64,000 nt of DNA from Felis catus. Its lineage: Eukaryota. How positions within the stretch are numbered: the stretch's first letter is position 1; each line of letters starts with the position of its first letter. The DNA lies in NCBI RefSeq assembly GCF_018350175.1, contig NC_058368.1, positions 22,632,001 to 22,696,000 on the forward strand. Reading direction: 5' to 3'. The notes beneath the pieces are model-generated. The model saw nothing but the letters and a program-made list of their open reading frames with translations, did not search any database and was not told where the DNA came from. This document shows positions 35,770 to 49,105 of this stretch, piece by piece. A program made the position numbers and the translations under genes.

Positions 35770-36325
35770 TGTCTATCATTCAGGGTCTAGTCTGGAAGTA
35801 GAACTTAAACAGGCAAAGTTTAATATAAAGAATTACTGTTTATAGGGGATTGGGTACTAAAAGGGGATAAAAGAAAACTCTAAAGGATACCTGAGAGCTG
35901 AGAAAGAGTAGGCAAAGAAGAAACAAATTTGAAGGGGGAAAAGGTTCAAAACTTGTTGAAAAGGGCATGGCTGCAGCCCACCAGAGGTGGAGAAGTTTGC
36001 TGGGTTCCCTTAGGCCAGTTACCTTAGAGGAAATTCACAGTCAGTGGACTAAAGGTGGTGGGTGGGAAAATGGGCCAAAGCTGGACAGTGATGGCCATGG
36101 GATGCCCCATATGCATGCCATTGGAAGTCACCTCATGGGAGCAAGTGGAAGAGAAAGAGAACCATAACCAAGAAGAGAATCTCCTTCTTCCTGCCATATC
36201 CATATAGTACCATCTACTGACAAAGCTAACATCATGACAACCAGCAAAGGAAAAACGTTTACAGATTCCAGCTCCAGTGCCAAAACAACACAATGAAGAA
36301 TGGATTTGGAGTTAAGAAGCAAAGC
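35770..36325 (-). mobile_element. Old LTR relic (family uncertain)
   Basis: CAGGGTCTAGTCTGG...TTTAATATAAAGAATT...TGGATTTGGAGTTAAGAAGCAA pattern of old ERVL-type LTRs. Confidence 0.45.
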
Positions 36326-36327
36326 CT

Positions 36328-36995
36328 GTATTAGTTTGATAGGCTGCCATAACACAGACCAGGAGGCTTAAACAACATTAATTCTCTCACAACACTGAAG
36401 GCTAGAATTCCAAGATCAAGGAATTAGCAGATTGGTTTCTCCTGAGGCCTCTCTGTGGCTTGCAGACGGTCCCCTTCTTGCTGCGTGTCTTCATGCGGCC
36501 CTTTTTCTCTGCATGTGCACATGTATTCCCTGGTGTCTCCTCTTTTCTAAGTGCACCAGTCTTATTGTATTAGAGCTCCACACTTATGACCCCATTTAAC
36601 CATAATTACCTCTTTAGAAGTCTTGTTTCCAAATACAGTCATACAGCCTCCAAATAGAGCTTTGCCATGTGAATCTGGGAAGAACACAGTTCAGTCCAAA
36701 TGACTCCACCCTTTGGGCCCCCAAATTTATGTCTTTCTCACAATCAAAATACATTATTCCCATCCTAACAGCCCCAAAAGTCTTAATGCATTTCAGCACC
36801 GACTCCAAATCCACAGTCTGTTCTAAACGGCATCTAAATCAGGCATAAGTGAGACCCAAGGTATGATCTGTTCTGAGACAAAATTCCTCTCCATTACAAA
36901 CCTGTAAAACCAGGGAAGTTATGTGTTTCCAAAATACAGTAATGGGACAGGCACAGGATGTACATTTCCATTCTAAAAGGGAGAGATTGGAGAGA
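36328..36995 (-). mobile_element. MLT1A-C LTR (36328-~36690) plus adjacent MaLR internal sequence
   Basis: TGTATTAGTTTG..GGCTGCCATAAC LTR end, followed by the MLT-int hallmark CCCCAAAAGTCTTAA..TTCCAAAATACAGTAATGGGACAGGCACAGG. Confidence 0.85.
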
Positions 36996-38224
36996 AGGAA
37001 GGCTTCCTTTCCTTGGTAACAGGCACAGTGTGTGGTGCACTGGCCCTGGATTTCCTATGCAGACTTTGATTTCAGAGAAAAATAAACTTCTGTCCTATTA
37101 TTTTGGATGCAGCAGACCCTAATCCTAACTAAGCTGAAATACACATACAGTTCAGCAGCAAATCTTGTTGGCTGTGCATCTGAAATATAGCTCACCATCA
37201 CCATTGCTCTAACCCTGGTCTGAGACACCACCATACCTTAGCCTTCTGCCATGCTGTGCTCTGGAGATGCTTGCCTAAACTGCTGTTTGTCTGTTCATTT
37301 TGCTATAACCCATTGCTATAAGGCATGACATGGGATACCTGATTTAGGGCTGAAGATTAGGATGTGCACTTGGCATCTAAGCACACCTCCCCATATCCTG
37401 GCTGGAATGAAGAACGTATTGCTCTCAGGTGGCCTGTGAGGACCAGAGCAGCCCACAGCCCCACATTCTGCTTGGATATAATAGGACGAGAAACAGAGAA
37501 AACCTCATCACTCTGCTTCTGATGGGAAAGCGATGAAGCATAGGTGAGTAAAAAAAGAAAAAAAAATCCAGATGAAGAGTATTTAAGCCAGAAAACCAGG
37601 TCAATCACTCAAAATCATTGTGACTATACTAGTTAAACATCTTGGTTGCAAAGAGTGAAAACCAGCTTTAGCAAGCTGGGCAGGAAAGGAATCTGTCAGA
37701 AAGCCACTGTCCCCAGTGGGGGGACAGCTGGGGGTGTGGGCACAGGGAATGCCTGGAAGACTAGAGAACCAGGTTTGGAAGAAGGCAAAGAACGAAGTGA
37801 ATCAGGCCACTGACCCTGCCAGTGTCATGCCTCGGGACAGCCTGGGTGGGATGCTGCTTCTGGGACCGCACTGCCCTGCACAGCCAGCACTGCCCTGGCA
37901 CCCCAGCCGTGGCCTCATCACTGCTGGACACGGGCCTTCTCCACTGCCAGCACGTCCGTGGAGCCCCGGGACAAAGACAGCCACTACTGCCACTAGAGAA
38001 GATTCTGAGGAGCCCTTGCTTGTTTTCACACCTCACGCCAAATCTGAAGTCCTTGGAAGAGCCCACAATGGGCCACACACCGCTTTGGAGCCTGTTCAGG
38101 GCCAGGAAAAACAACCACTGGTCTTTCCAGCTTGCCTGGTGAAAGGTGGAGCCCTGGCCCCCAGCAAAGTCACCCAATGGTGGGAGGTTTCATGAGAAAG
38201 GTTTCAGATAATGGGTACCCTCTA

Positions 38225-38613
38225 CGCTAGTTTTCTTGGGCTGCTACAGCAAAATACCACATATGGGGAGGGTTAAGCTACAGAAATTTATTTTCTCAGA
38301 GTTCCAGAAGTTGGAAGTCTAAGATCAAAAAGTCAGCAGGCTTGGTTTCTTCTGAGGCCTCTCACCTTCTCACTATATCTTCACATGACACCTCTTTCTT
38401 CTGTGAGGTGCCTCCCCAGCTGTCTGTGTGTGTCCAAATCTCCTCCTTCATAGGGACAACAGTCCAACTGGATTAGGGTCCACTCTTCTGGCCTTGTTGT
38501 AACTTAATCATCTCTTCAAAGGTCCTTTCTCCAAATACATCACATTCTGAGGTCCTGAGGGTTAGAGCTTCAACATAGGATGGGGTTGGGGGGGCACAAT
38601 TTGGCCTATAACA
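38225..38613 (-). mobile_element. MLT1A-C solo LTR
   Basis: CTAGTTTTCTTGGGCTGCTACAGCAAAATACCAC...GGTTAGAGCTTCAACATA...GCCTATAACA. Confidence 0.87.
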
Positions 38614-40305
38614 CTCCCTGAAATGGAGAACATCTACCCCAGTGAACAAAAACAGAGATAGTGAGTGGGGACTAAGTCAACTACGTGTTCAAATACAGAA
38701 GGATTAACTTGTTAGAAAAGTTCCAGCTGAAACCTGCCGTTAACAAGTGCAATCAAGAGTCAGGTGTCCTGGGCCCTTGCTTCTTAGTCTCATGGGCCAG
38801 CAGCAGAAGCATCACCTGGACCCTGCCCCTGAGTCAGTGCCTGCATGGTAGCTGCAGCCCAGGTGATCTTCTGCCATAACAGTTGGAGACGCTCTCCTGT
38901 AGGCACTCCCTTAAGTAAGAAGATCTGCTTGCTGCTGATGAGAGAGGGTGGGTCCATGTGCCTCAGTGCTCTACCTGCATTCTGATACAGAAAAGGGACC
39001 GAGTGGCAACAGGCCTCCTGCCTTAGGGCCTGGCCATTGGCTGGAGCAGGCGTGGGAAGCCCTCCTTCTGGGCCACCATCACAAAGGTAGCAGGGACTCT
39101 CTGAAGTCTGTTTCCTGACTTGGGAGGGTAAACTCGATAATATTGTGACACTTACATTTAAAATTTGTGTAGTGGACTCAGAGGGGTAGGGGTGGGGTGG
39201 GGAGGTGGTTCAAGCTTTTCTGGCTCTATTTTCTCACCTAAAGGTAGGGATGATAGTATGTCTCCCGAGGCTGTGTGAAGATTGGATGGGTCGGTCTTCA
39301 CAGAGTGTGAGAACAGTGGCTGGCGCAAAGTAAGTTAGCTATTACTATTATTATTTCAGGAAAGGTAGAAGAGGTCCTATGACCACCTGTTTGGCTTTAT
39401 GTTATCCTTAGAAGGAGTTAACATTCAACCAGAGAATGTATTCCCTATTCTCCACTTGCATACCTACATTTTTTGCCAGAATTTAAATTATTCACACAAG
39501 TGTTTTCAAACTACACATGCTTCTCTGGCTTTAGGGTCAGTTTCTGAAGCTGTTACAATCTGGCTGGTGAATAAATTTACATATAAAAAAAAAAAGTTGA
39601 GTTAATGGAATCAAATAGTCAACTCCTAGCCTGAGGAAAAAGGAGACACAGAGCCTTAGTTCTTCCACAGAGGAGAGCACAAAAGGAGTCCACTCTGACC
39701 AGGGGAAAACAATGCAGAGCATTTTATACTTCCCTTGCAGAGAGATGTTCTGTGTCTTCCTTAACAGGAATACAGAATGAGAGACCCTAGAGCAGGAAAC
39801 CAAAGAAAAAAGACACACATTTTTGCTACATAAACATACCAAAGGCAAGTAATTAGCCCACATTTGCTGGTGTGGAAGCCAGTCAGCCCTTCCCTGAGAA
39901 AGAAGGAAACCTGAAGCCTACAAAATACAAAGTCGGGCCAGGAGAGACTGTCACACCCTGCCTACAGCCTAGAGAGTTCGCTGAGAAGAAGCCAGCAAGC
40001 CCTGGCACCTGGTCACCACCACATGGCAGAAAGAACCATTCACATTCAAGTCCGAACTGCGTGGTGCAGGAGAAATGTGTTGGTAGGGGTTGGTTTGGTC
40101 TTGTGTTTCCCTGAACTCGACACCCCGATAAAATGGAGTAAGGCCAATCCATGGGCAGGGATGTCCCAAGCCAGAGGCTCTGGGAATCACGGAGGTGGCA
40201 GCAAAGGTTAGGGTGAGCAGGCTTGTCCTCTCTTGTGAAGGAAGGGTCTGGATCTGGGGACTCCTCACTCTGAGAATAGGCTCTACCTTTTTAAAAATAG
40301 GTCAG

Positions 40306-40522
40306 GGGGCGCCTGGGTGACTCACTCGGTTGAGCGACCGACTTCGGCTCAGGTCATGATCTCACAGTTTGTGAGTTTGAGCCCCGCGTTGGGCTCTGTG
40401 CTGACAGCTCAGAGCCTGGAGCCTGCTTCGGATTCTGTCTCCCCCTCTCTCTGCCCCTCCCCTGCTCGTGCTCTGTCTCTCTCTGTCTCAGAAATAAATA
40501 AACATTAAAAAAAATTTTTTTT
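40306..40522 (+). mobile_element. Can-SINE (SINEC_Fc)
   Basis: Near-consensus head, CT linker and A-tail; AAATAGGT flanks. Confidence 0.96.
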
Positions 40523-40997
40523 AAATAGGTTGGGTCCTTACATATCTCATATAATTTGTAATTATAGACTGCCAAGGAGATGATTAAGTGAATACTCAAG
40601 GTCTCAGTCCTCTTCTCTGGAACTTTTGCTGTGTGTCTTTTTTTTCCATTGCTTTCCTTAGAAACCTGCTTTGGTGTCCAACTTGGGAAGTGGACAAAAT
40701 TCCCTATTTCAGAAACTAGCTGACTAGCTTTGGACTAGAAGTAGCTTTGGCATATGATGCCACAACCTTGGTTCCAGCCATTATTCCTTTTTTTTTTTTT
40801 TTTCTTATTTACTGACTTTGATGGCAGGTGATGGAAGACATATCACACTTTACAGAAGGTGACGCTGAGGCCAGTATCGTCTCCCTGGAATGTTCTTCTC
40901 ACTGCACACTTGATTTTTTCTCCTCCTTTAGACCTCAGTTTAAATATCACCTGCCCAGATAGTCTTCCCCAATCACCTATCTACTGTGGATACCCTC

Positions 40998-41428
40998 TGT
41001 GACAGTTAATGGCTAGGCCACCGTCCCCAGATGTGGACAAATGCTATTCTGGATGTTCTTGTGAGGGTGTTTTTGAATGAGATTTACGTTTAAGTTAGTA
41101 GGCTTTGAGTAAAGCACCTTGCCCTCCCTAATGTGGGCGGGCCTCATCCAATCTGTTAAAGGCCTAAATAGAACAAAAAACTGACTTCCCTTGAGCAAGA
41201 GAGAATTCTGCTAGCAGATAGCATTTAGACTTCACTTACGAGATCAGCTCTTCTGGTTCTACAGAAGACTGCTTTTGAACTCAAACTGTGGTTCTTCCTT
41301 GAGTGACCAGCCTGCTGGCTTTTCCCATCAGATTTTGGACTCACCAAGCCTTCACAACTGTGTGGGCCATTCCTTAAAGTAAAGCTGTCTCTCTATATAA
41401 ATCTCTTTCTCTGGAGAACCCTAATACA
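40998..41428 (+). mobile_element. MLT2 solo LTR inside an L2 remnant
   Basis: GCTTTGAGTAAAGCA..CCTAATGTGGGCGGGCCTCATCCAATC...TTTCTCTGGAGAACCCTAATACA. Confidence 0.85.
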
Positions 41429-41689
41429 CCATGCACGTACACATATTTATCCTTTTCCTCAGAATTTACTGAATGTAAATTCCATGACAGCCAGGCGGAT
41501 GTACCTTGCTCTCTCTGTGTCATGTTCTCAGCACTTCTGAGAAGTTCTTGGCACACGGCGGATGCTAGCAGATCTTGGTTAAATGACAGAATGGCTAAGG
41601 TTCTCCAATAAACCATGGGCTAGGGGAACTCCTGTGTGCAAACCACAGTTCTAATGTGTGTGAGAATATTGTGTAGAAAATGCTCACAA

Positions 41690-42650
41690 CCACAATAAGC
41701 CTCACTTCAACCCACTAGGAGGGTAGACACACTCACACAAAAGACAGTAACAACATTTGGCAAGCATGTGGAAAAAATAACTCTCATACTTTGCTGGCAG
41801 GAATGATGCTGCCGCTGTGAAAAATGACTTTATAGTTCCTCAGAAAATTAAATGTGAATTACCCTGGGACTGCAGAATTCTGTTTTTAGATATATATCAA
41901 GAGAAATGAAAACATGTCCCTAGTAAAACGTCTGCACAAATCTTCATAGCAACATTGTTCTTTTTTATTTTTATCTTTTAATGTTTATTTTTGAGAGAAA
42001 GAGAGAGTGTGAGTGAGGTGGGGACAGAGAGAGAGGGAGACACAGAATCCGAAGCAGGCTCTGAGCTTGTCAGCACAAAGTTGGCACAGGGCTCGAACCC
42101 GTGAACTGTGAGATCATGATCTGAGCCAAAGTCGGACACTTAACCAACTGAGCCACCCAGGCACCCCATAGCATCATTGTTCTTAATGGTCAAAAGCCGG
42201 AAATCACCCAAATGTCCATCAGCTGATGAATGGACAAGCAAGATGTCACATGTCCATACAATAGAATATTATCCGGCAACTAAAAGGGATAATAATGAAG
42301 CACTAATACATGCTGCAATGCGGACGAACCTCGAAAATACCGTGCAAGTGAAGGAAGCCAGACACACGAGGCCACTTATTGTATGCTCTGTGTATATGAA
42401 ACGCCCATAACAGGTAAATCCATAGTGACAGGAAGTAGATTAGTGGTTGCCAGGGGCTTGGGGGCTGGGGGAACTGGGGAGTGACTGCTAATGAGTATGG
42501 GGGTTCTCTGGGGGTGATAAAAGTGCTGTGGAATCAGTGATGATAGTGGCACAACCTTGCACACACACTAAAGGTCACTGCATTGTACACTTCGAAGTGG
42601 TGAGCTTTATGGTGTGTAAATTATATACATTTATTGTTTTTAATGCCAAA
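41690..42650 (+). mobile_element. Old L1 (L1MB-like) 3' end
   Basis: PKCPSADEW relic; AGTAGATTAGTGGTTGCCAGGGGC 3'UTR. Confidence 0.85.
41963..42167 (-). mobile_element. Can-SINE inside L1
   Basis: TSD ATAGCAWCATTGTTCTT. Confidence 0.95.
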
Positions 42651-42832
42651 AAAGATGCTCTCAAGAGATGAGCCGTCATGGGCTAGCAGTGGTGCAGAAT
42701 GCAGCCTCAAGCTGAGAGAAACACACAGCATCTCAACTACTCCCCTGCAAAACCTGCACCATGCAAGCAAGGACATCTACAAATGAGGGTTATATTTATA
42801 ATCATGAGGATATTAATATTAATACTGTTCTC

Positions 42833-43076
42833 TTTTTTATGTTTTTATTTTATTTTATTTTATTTTATTTTATTTTATTTTATTTTATTGAGAGAGAGAC
42901 ACACACACAGTGAGAGCGGGTGAGGGGCAGAGAGAGAGGGAGACATAGAATCTGAAGCAGACTCCAGGCTCTGAGTTGTCAGGACAGAGCCCGACATGGG
43001 GCTTGAACTCAGACTGCGAGATCATGACCTGAGCCGAAGTCGGACGCCCAACCGACTTGAGTCACCCAGGCACCCC
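42833..43076 (-). mobile_element. Can-SINE with an (ATTTT)n tail
   Basis: Reverse-complement SINE. Confidence 0.95.
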
Positions 43077-43957
43077 TCTATTTTTCTTTGTGGCATACAA
43101 ATATGCTTGTAGATTATTTATCATTCTTAAAACTCACTTAGCCATTATTTAAGAACCTGGAGGCATAGCCCCCTTCAAAACCATGTGTCAAAAACACTGG
43201 TCAAGTGCCTGCAGTGTCAAATGTGGCTCGTATGAAATGATACTTCTGGCTGCCACAAAAAAATAAAACTCCCCACATGTCAGCTTCCTGGAGGAGGCTG
43301 TGAATGGTCATTCATCACGAGTCCAAGCTCGACCACAAAAGCCAGATCCCCTTCTTGTCACCACCCTCTTAGCCACGTGCTCTGGCTACTTCTGGTTTCA
43401 CTTCCTGTTGCTGACACCTGCTCCATGGTAGCCTGTCTGTTGTTGAGGATACACTGAGTGGGAGGCACTCTCCCCCACAGAAGACCCACAGCCAGCGACG
43501 ACTCACAAAAGAAGCCAGCAGCATCTCCCATCCCACAGTCACCTGTCTAGTCTCGGGGAGAGCCTGGTGAAGGAAGAGAGGGTTACTCTGCAGAGATGTG
43601 CTAGAACACATCTCCCACCTACACGGAAGGCCTCATATGCTTGACGTATCTGCTCACGTCACTGAGAATTTCAGAAGAAAGTGCAGTGGAGCACATTGGC
43701 ACCCCTTCCTCCCCTGGGAAAGCCAAGGACACAGAAAGTATTAGGAAAAATTCGTCTGAAGAAAAGCAAGGGATAGCCTGGAAAGACCGCAGCCTACTTG
43801 TGAGCACATGCTCATTAAGGCTGTTTTTGCCAGATCTAGGACAAAGAGCACTTGGCCAGAAAGCACCTACGTTCTTTAAAAAATAAAAATCAACCGATCA
43901 GTTCTGTAGCTTTTCACTCCCTAAAAATGATAGGTGGACACTAAAATCCCATTTTGA

Positions 43958-44146
43958 GGGGCATCTGGCTGGCTCAGTCGATTAAGCGTCCAACTCTTGA
44001 TTTCAGCTCAGGTCACGATCCGAGTTCATGGTGTCAAGTCCCACATTGGATGCTGCACTAACAGCCCAGAGCCTGCTTGGGAGTCTCTGTCTCCCTCTCT
44101 TTCTGCCTCTTCCTCACTCACAGGCATGTGCTCTCTCTTTCAAAAA

Positions 44147-44177
<31 letters not shown>

Positions 44178-44191
44178 GCTTTAAAAATAAA
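43958..44191 (+). mobile_element. Can-SINE with an (AAAT)n tail
   Basis: Perfect 16-bp TSD TAAAATCCCATTTTGA at 43942-43957 and 44192-44207. Confidence 0.96.
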
Positions 44192-44768
44192 TAAAATCCC
44201 ATTTTGAATGCTATTCGGGAACAATCATTGGAAGCCTGAGGTTTTTCAAGCAAACTAATTTTGGGTAATCTTCTGAACTTTGAGCAGGGCTGTGGGTACC
44301 AGGAATAGTGCATGGAGGGCCAAGCATATTTGCAGGAAGTTTCCACCCAAATTAAATGAGTAGAAATAGATCTGGTTCTACTAGATAAGTCCCTAGAATT
44401 AGTCCTCTGATGATGATCAACAGCTTGTTGCATTAAGGGAATGGGAGGGAAAGGACCTTCAGTGTAGTCAGTACAAAAGCTGGAATATGTGGAATTCTGA
44501 GTGTGGCAACAAAGTGGCCGACAAAACCAGCCAGTAAGTCAGGAATGTTCATGTTAGAATTCTCCGCCCAATGGGGCTCATCGACATGTGCCTCCTGAAG
44601 TGAAGTACCAAGAACTGAGCATCATTGCTGAGTGGTGTGCATAACCTGACTGATCACCAGGAAATATCAGCCAAACTCAGGCTGGGGAGAGTCTACAAAC
44701 TCATTGACCTGTACTCATGAAATACAAAGACAAACTCAGGAATAGTCATAGATTAAAAACAGACTCAA

Positions 44769-45001
44769 GGGGCGCCTGGGTGGCGCAGTCGGTTCAGCGT
44801 CCGACTTCAGCCAGGTCACAATCTCGCGGTCCGTGAGTTCGAGCCCCGCGTCAGGCTCTGGGCTGATGGCTCGGAGCCTGGAGCCTGTTTCTGATTCTGT
44901 GTCTCCCTCTCTCTCTGCCCCTCCCCCGTTCATGCTCTGTCTCTCTCTGTCCCAAAAATAAATAAACGTTGAAAAAAAAAAATTAAAAAAAAAAAAAAAA
45001 C
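44769..45001 (+). mobile_element. Very young Can-SINE (SINEC_Fc)
   Basis: Most CpGs retained; long A-tail; TSD AAAAACAGACTCAA at 44755-44768 and 45002-45015. Confidence 0.98.
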
Positions 45002-45082
45002 AAAAACAGACTCAAGAGACAAGACAAATGCCTTGGATTTTCTTTTGCTGTAAAGTATATTATTGAGTCAACTGACCAAAAA

Positions 45083-45265
45083 TGCACCTGGGTGGCTCTG
45101 TTGGTGACTCTTGATTTCAGCTCAGGTCATGATCTCCAGATTGTGAGATCGAGCCCTGTGGTAGGGCTCTGTGCTGTGTGTGGAGCCTGCTTGGAATTCT
45201 CTCTCTCCCTTTCCCTCTGCCCCTCCCCCATTTGCTCACATACTCTCTCTCAAAAAAAAAAACAG
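45083..45265 (+). mobile_element. Older Can-SINE
   Basis: GCACCTGGGTGGCTC..GACTCTTGATTTCAGCTCAGGTCATGATCTC head, CT linker and A-tail. Confidence 0.9.
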
Positions 45266-46541
45266 ACTAAAACAAAAAAAGAAAATATACACTGAAATAT
45301 TTAAGAATGAAGAGACACCATGTCTGTGTCTTGCTCTTAAACAATCCAGAAAAATAATGAGAGAGAAGAAAGAGGAGACTTTCTTCATGAGCAAAATCAT
45401 GATTCTGCTAGCAAGGAGGATGGGAAGAATGGATGTTGTATCTCACAATAAGCACACAGATCTTAATAAGGTGGCTTTTGTGTTGCTGAAAAACAACTTG
45501 GGTAAATTCTACCCTAAACTATTAAAACATGCAATTATATGTAACAGACCATCAAGTGAAATTTTTCCCATAGCCCTAGAATTAACCAGATGTATTAAGC
45601 ACCCCACATTCAGAGAGTTGCTATCAGTTGGGGGCATCTATGCACCTCAGGTTCAGAGCCAATCCTACTTTCCTACCACACCCCCACTCAGTGACTATAA
45701 GAAAAAGTTTAAGAGGTAAAGGTGTCCTCAGGTTTTTGACTAATGTAGTGTTTATGAAAAGAAGCTATTTCCTTCCATTCTCTAAAACCCAGGGTAAGAC
45801 CCCAAGAGAATCAGCTATAAATGTTTGGGAAAACTACAAGGAGGGGAAAATTGTATTTTATTCCTTGGTTGAACATCACTCTATCTAGTAGAGGTCAAAT
45901 CTGCCCCTGTTAGTTGAGCACGAAGAAGAGAAACTTCAGGATGATTGCAAGACGGAGAGAGGTCTCCACAATGGAACAGCTTATACACTCGACATTTGAC
46001 AAGACAAAGATTCATATTCTTCCACTATGTCAAAGAGACTCCAGTGAAAATCACTAGGTTTAGGTCACATTGCGGATGTCAGATCAAAGACAGTTAACCT
46101 GAAGGAAAGGATAATCCCCAGGGTCAAGAGGTATGGGAAGGACAGGGGCAGTGAGAAGGGGGAAAAGAGAAGCCAGTACAATTACAGAGCCATGTGGTCT
46201 GGAATGTTGCCTATTAAATCAAATCTGAGCCTGTCAAGGGAATCAAACCTGCTCTCAACCACACTTGTACAAACCACGTTTAACCTCATAAACTCCGATA
46301 ACTAAGAAAGGTCTAGTTAGTCCTAGGAAGACAAGGAAAAATAGCTTGAATGACTTTTGAGGTGGAAGTTTGGAAATGAACAGGAATGAGTCTTAAATAT
46401 CAAAGTGAGAGTGTTCTCAAACAAGAATGCCTAAAGAATTATAAAATTTGGAAAAGATATTAATAAAGAATGACAGACCCATTGGTAAATGTTGGCAAGC
46501 CTGGTCGGACAAAATTACTAGAAAAAAACATTAAACATTTT

Positions 46542-46754
46542 TTTTCTTTTTAAAGTTTATTTATTTATTTTGAGAAAGAGAGAGCACACAAGCAGGGGAG
46601 GGGCAGAGAGTGAAGGCGAGAGAAAGAATCCGAAGCAGGTTCCTCATCATCAGTGTGGAGCCCGTGCAAGGGCTGGAAGTCATGAACTGTGAGATCATGG
46701 CCTGAGCCAAAAGCAAGAGTCAGACACTCAACCAACTGAGCCACCCAGGCACCC
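46542..46754 (-). mobile_element. Can-SINE
   Basis: Reverse-complement SINE. Confidence 0.93.
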
Positions 46755-47379
46755 ATAGACATTTTTGTTTTAAACACATGAGTTTAGACTCCTAAATAAC
46801 CTGGTTATTTATAGAAACTAAAATAGGATAAAACATTGGTCTTGAGTCATAATCCATCCCGATGTAACTCACACCCCTCCTTTTCATCAGCCCTGTCCTT
46901 GTGGTTGACCAAGCAGCAGAGAAATGGCAAGAAACACTTCTAGGCGCTGTGGCAAGAGAAGGAGAGCCAACTCTTCCTAGGACATGTCAAGGGAGTGAAG
47001 TCAGAAAATCCACATCAAGTAGCCTCTGAGGGTGTGTTCTCCGGGGTCTGCCACTGCTAAGTCACCCTGATTGGTAGTTGGTCAGTGAGCTGATGCCAAA
47101 GCTGACCTTCTGTCCCCTATGTGACATGATCCCTGTGACCCCACTTTCATGGGGCCACCACCTTGTTCCAAATCTATTACTGGCAAAAAAAGAAAGGTAG
47201 GAAGAAAGAGGTCAACTAACTATAGCAACAGTCAGAATAAGACTTTATTTACCTTAGGCTTCCTTATCTAAATTTGAGTGGGGTATTGACACAAGTATTG
47301 ATGTATTTTCTGGTTGCGATTCTAATTACCATTATACCTATTGCTTCCAAAGAAGACACTGCATGGGACAGGGTATGGA

Positions 47380-47590
47380 GGGAGAGTGCCTGGGTTCAAA
47401 TGCCAGCTATCCCATCCATCAGCGTTATGACCGTGGGAAAATTATTTTATCTTTCCATGCTTCAATTTCCTTATCATAAAAGATCATTTGTACCCCCACT
47501 GAATTATTGTGAAGGTTAGAAAAGTTATTATATGTGAAGCCCTGAGCACAGTGTTTGGCACATCATGAACACTTACTAAATGGCTATTTG
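47380..47590 (+). mobile_element. MIR
   Basis: TGCCTGGGTTCAAATGCCAGCT...TGTGAAGCCCTGAGCACAGTGTTTGGCACAT. Confidence 0.82.
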
Positions 47591-47730
47591 GGTCCTAGCA
47601 GCCATAGTCATCATCAGCTGAAAGGTGATGGGTCTTGAGGCGACAGCTTAGTAAACATTCTTTTCTGAACACAAAAGTGTTTAACCTTGCCCACGGGAAC
47701 TTCAGACACACTCTCAAAAATGAGGGGTTG

Positions 47731-47833
47731 AGGGTGCCATGATGATTCTGTCAGTAGCGCATGCAAGTCTCAATCTCAGGGTCATGAGTTCATGCCATGT
47801 TCACGTTGGGCATGAAGCCTACTTTAAAAAAAA
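47731..47833 (+). mobile_element. Short tRNA-derived carnivore SINE (head-only type)
   Basis: GGGTGCC..CAGTAGCGCATGC..CTCAATCTCAGGGTCATGAGTTCA..CACGTTGGGCATGAAGCCTACTTTAAAA; flanks AAATGAGG. Confidence 0.75.
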
Positions 47834-47984
47834 TAGAAATGAGGCATTAAGGGTTATCAAAAGTTAAGAATAGGAAATTAGAGGTAATTTGAGAAATTGA
47901 GAAATGCTTTCCTAAGAGAGCTCTACACAATGCATACAGACACTTGTAAGGTTAAATAGCACAGTGTTCAACATCTCCAATTCC

Positions 47985-48200
47985 ACTCTCAGACAAACGT
48001 GTGTTTGAATCTCCACTGTGCCACTCAGAAGATGGATATCTCTGAATGAGTTACCTAACCACCTTAAAGTTAGGTTTTCTCCTTTGCAGTTGAGACTAGA
48101 GACAATACCAATCCATCTCAAGTGGTTATTGTAAGCATTGAATGAAAGAGCTTACAAAATAAATTCGGCATGTAATAGGAGCTCAATAAATGTTACCTAT
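47985..48200 (+). mobile_element. MIR
   Basis: TTTGAATCTCCACTGTGCCACT...GGAGCTCAATAAATGTTA. Confidence 0.72.
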
Positions 48201-48312
48201 TGTCTTAAGTAAACAAGTTTCTTTGTCATATTCCTTTCCTACAGAAGGATAAGTGACTTTGAGGGTTTTGTTAAGAAACCTGGCAAATGCTTTACTCTTT
48301 CACAGCCTTTTT

Positions 48313-48342
48313 CTTTTTTTTTATGTTTATTTACTTATTTTT

Positions 48343-48390
<48 letters not shown>

Positions 48391-48558
48391 GAAGAGGGAG
48401 AGGGAGAGAGGGAGGGGGAGGGAGAGAGAGAGAATCCCAAGCAGGCCCTATGTTCAGCACAAAGTCTGACATAGGGTTTGATCCTACAACCCTGGGATCA
48501 TGACCTAAACTGAAATCAAAAGCCAGATGCTTAATCAACTGAACCGCCGAGGCTCCCC
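48313..48558 (-). mobile_element. Can-SINE
   Basis: Reverse-complement SINE with (GA)n; TSD TTTCACAGCC. Confidence 0.93.
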
Positions 48559-49105
48559 AATTTCACAGCCCTTTTTGACATCAGAATAACTTCCAGATAT
48601 CCAGCTGTAGCTTTCAAGCAAATATTTTCCTGATATGGTGTCTATAGAATGGGCAAGATAAGGAGCTCATTGTCTATATGCCCACAATTCCCAATTACAT
48701 CTCTAGTTCGGGCCTCTCCCTGAACTACTACAGACTTGATTATTTAGTTTCCTACTCAACATTTTTCCTGGATGTCTGAAAGACATCTTAAATGAAACAT
48801 GTTGAAAATAGAACACCTGATCTACATACCCCAAGTCTGCTCTCCCCACAGCCTTCCCCGTTTCAATCAATGATATCTCTAATCTTCCAAGTGCTCACAT
48901 GAAAAACCTTGAGACGTCCTTGATGCCTCCCTTTTGACTTCCAATATGTCAGGAAATACTTTTCGCTCAGATTTCAAAATATATCCGGAGTCAGACCACT
49001 TCTCATTACTCTTCTACTACAACTTAGATCCAAGCTAACAATCTCTCTCTTACCTGGGTTGCTGACATTGCTTCTTAGCTGGGCTTCCTGCTTCCACCCT
49101 TGATT

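Noticed and set aside
43369..43611. Minus-strand ORF with a Kozak-like ACCATGG nearby
   Set aside because: No recognisable protein and weak splice signals.
45171..45719. 182-aa ORF
   Set aside because: Starts in a SINE and runs through old L1-like and unique DNA; no protein similarity recognised.
47731..47833. Possible tRNA-Lys gene
   Set aside because: Heavily diverged, with an A-tail and flanking direct repeats, so it is a SINE copy rather than a tRNA gene.
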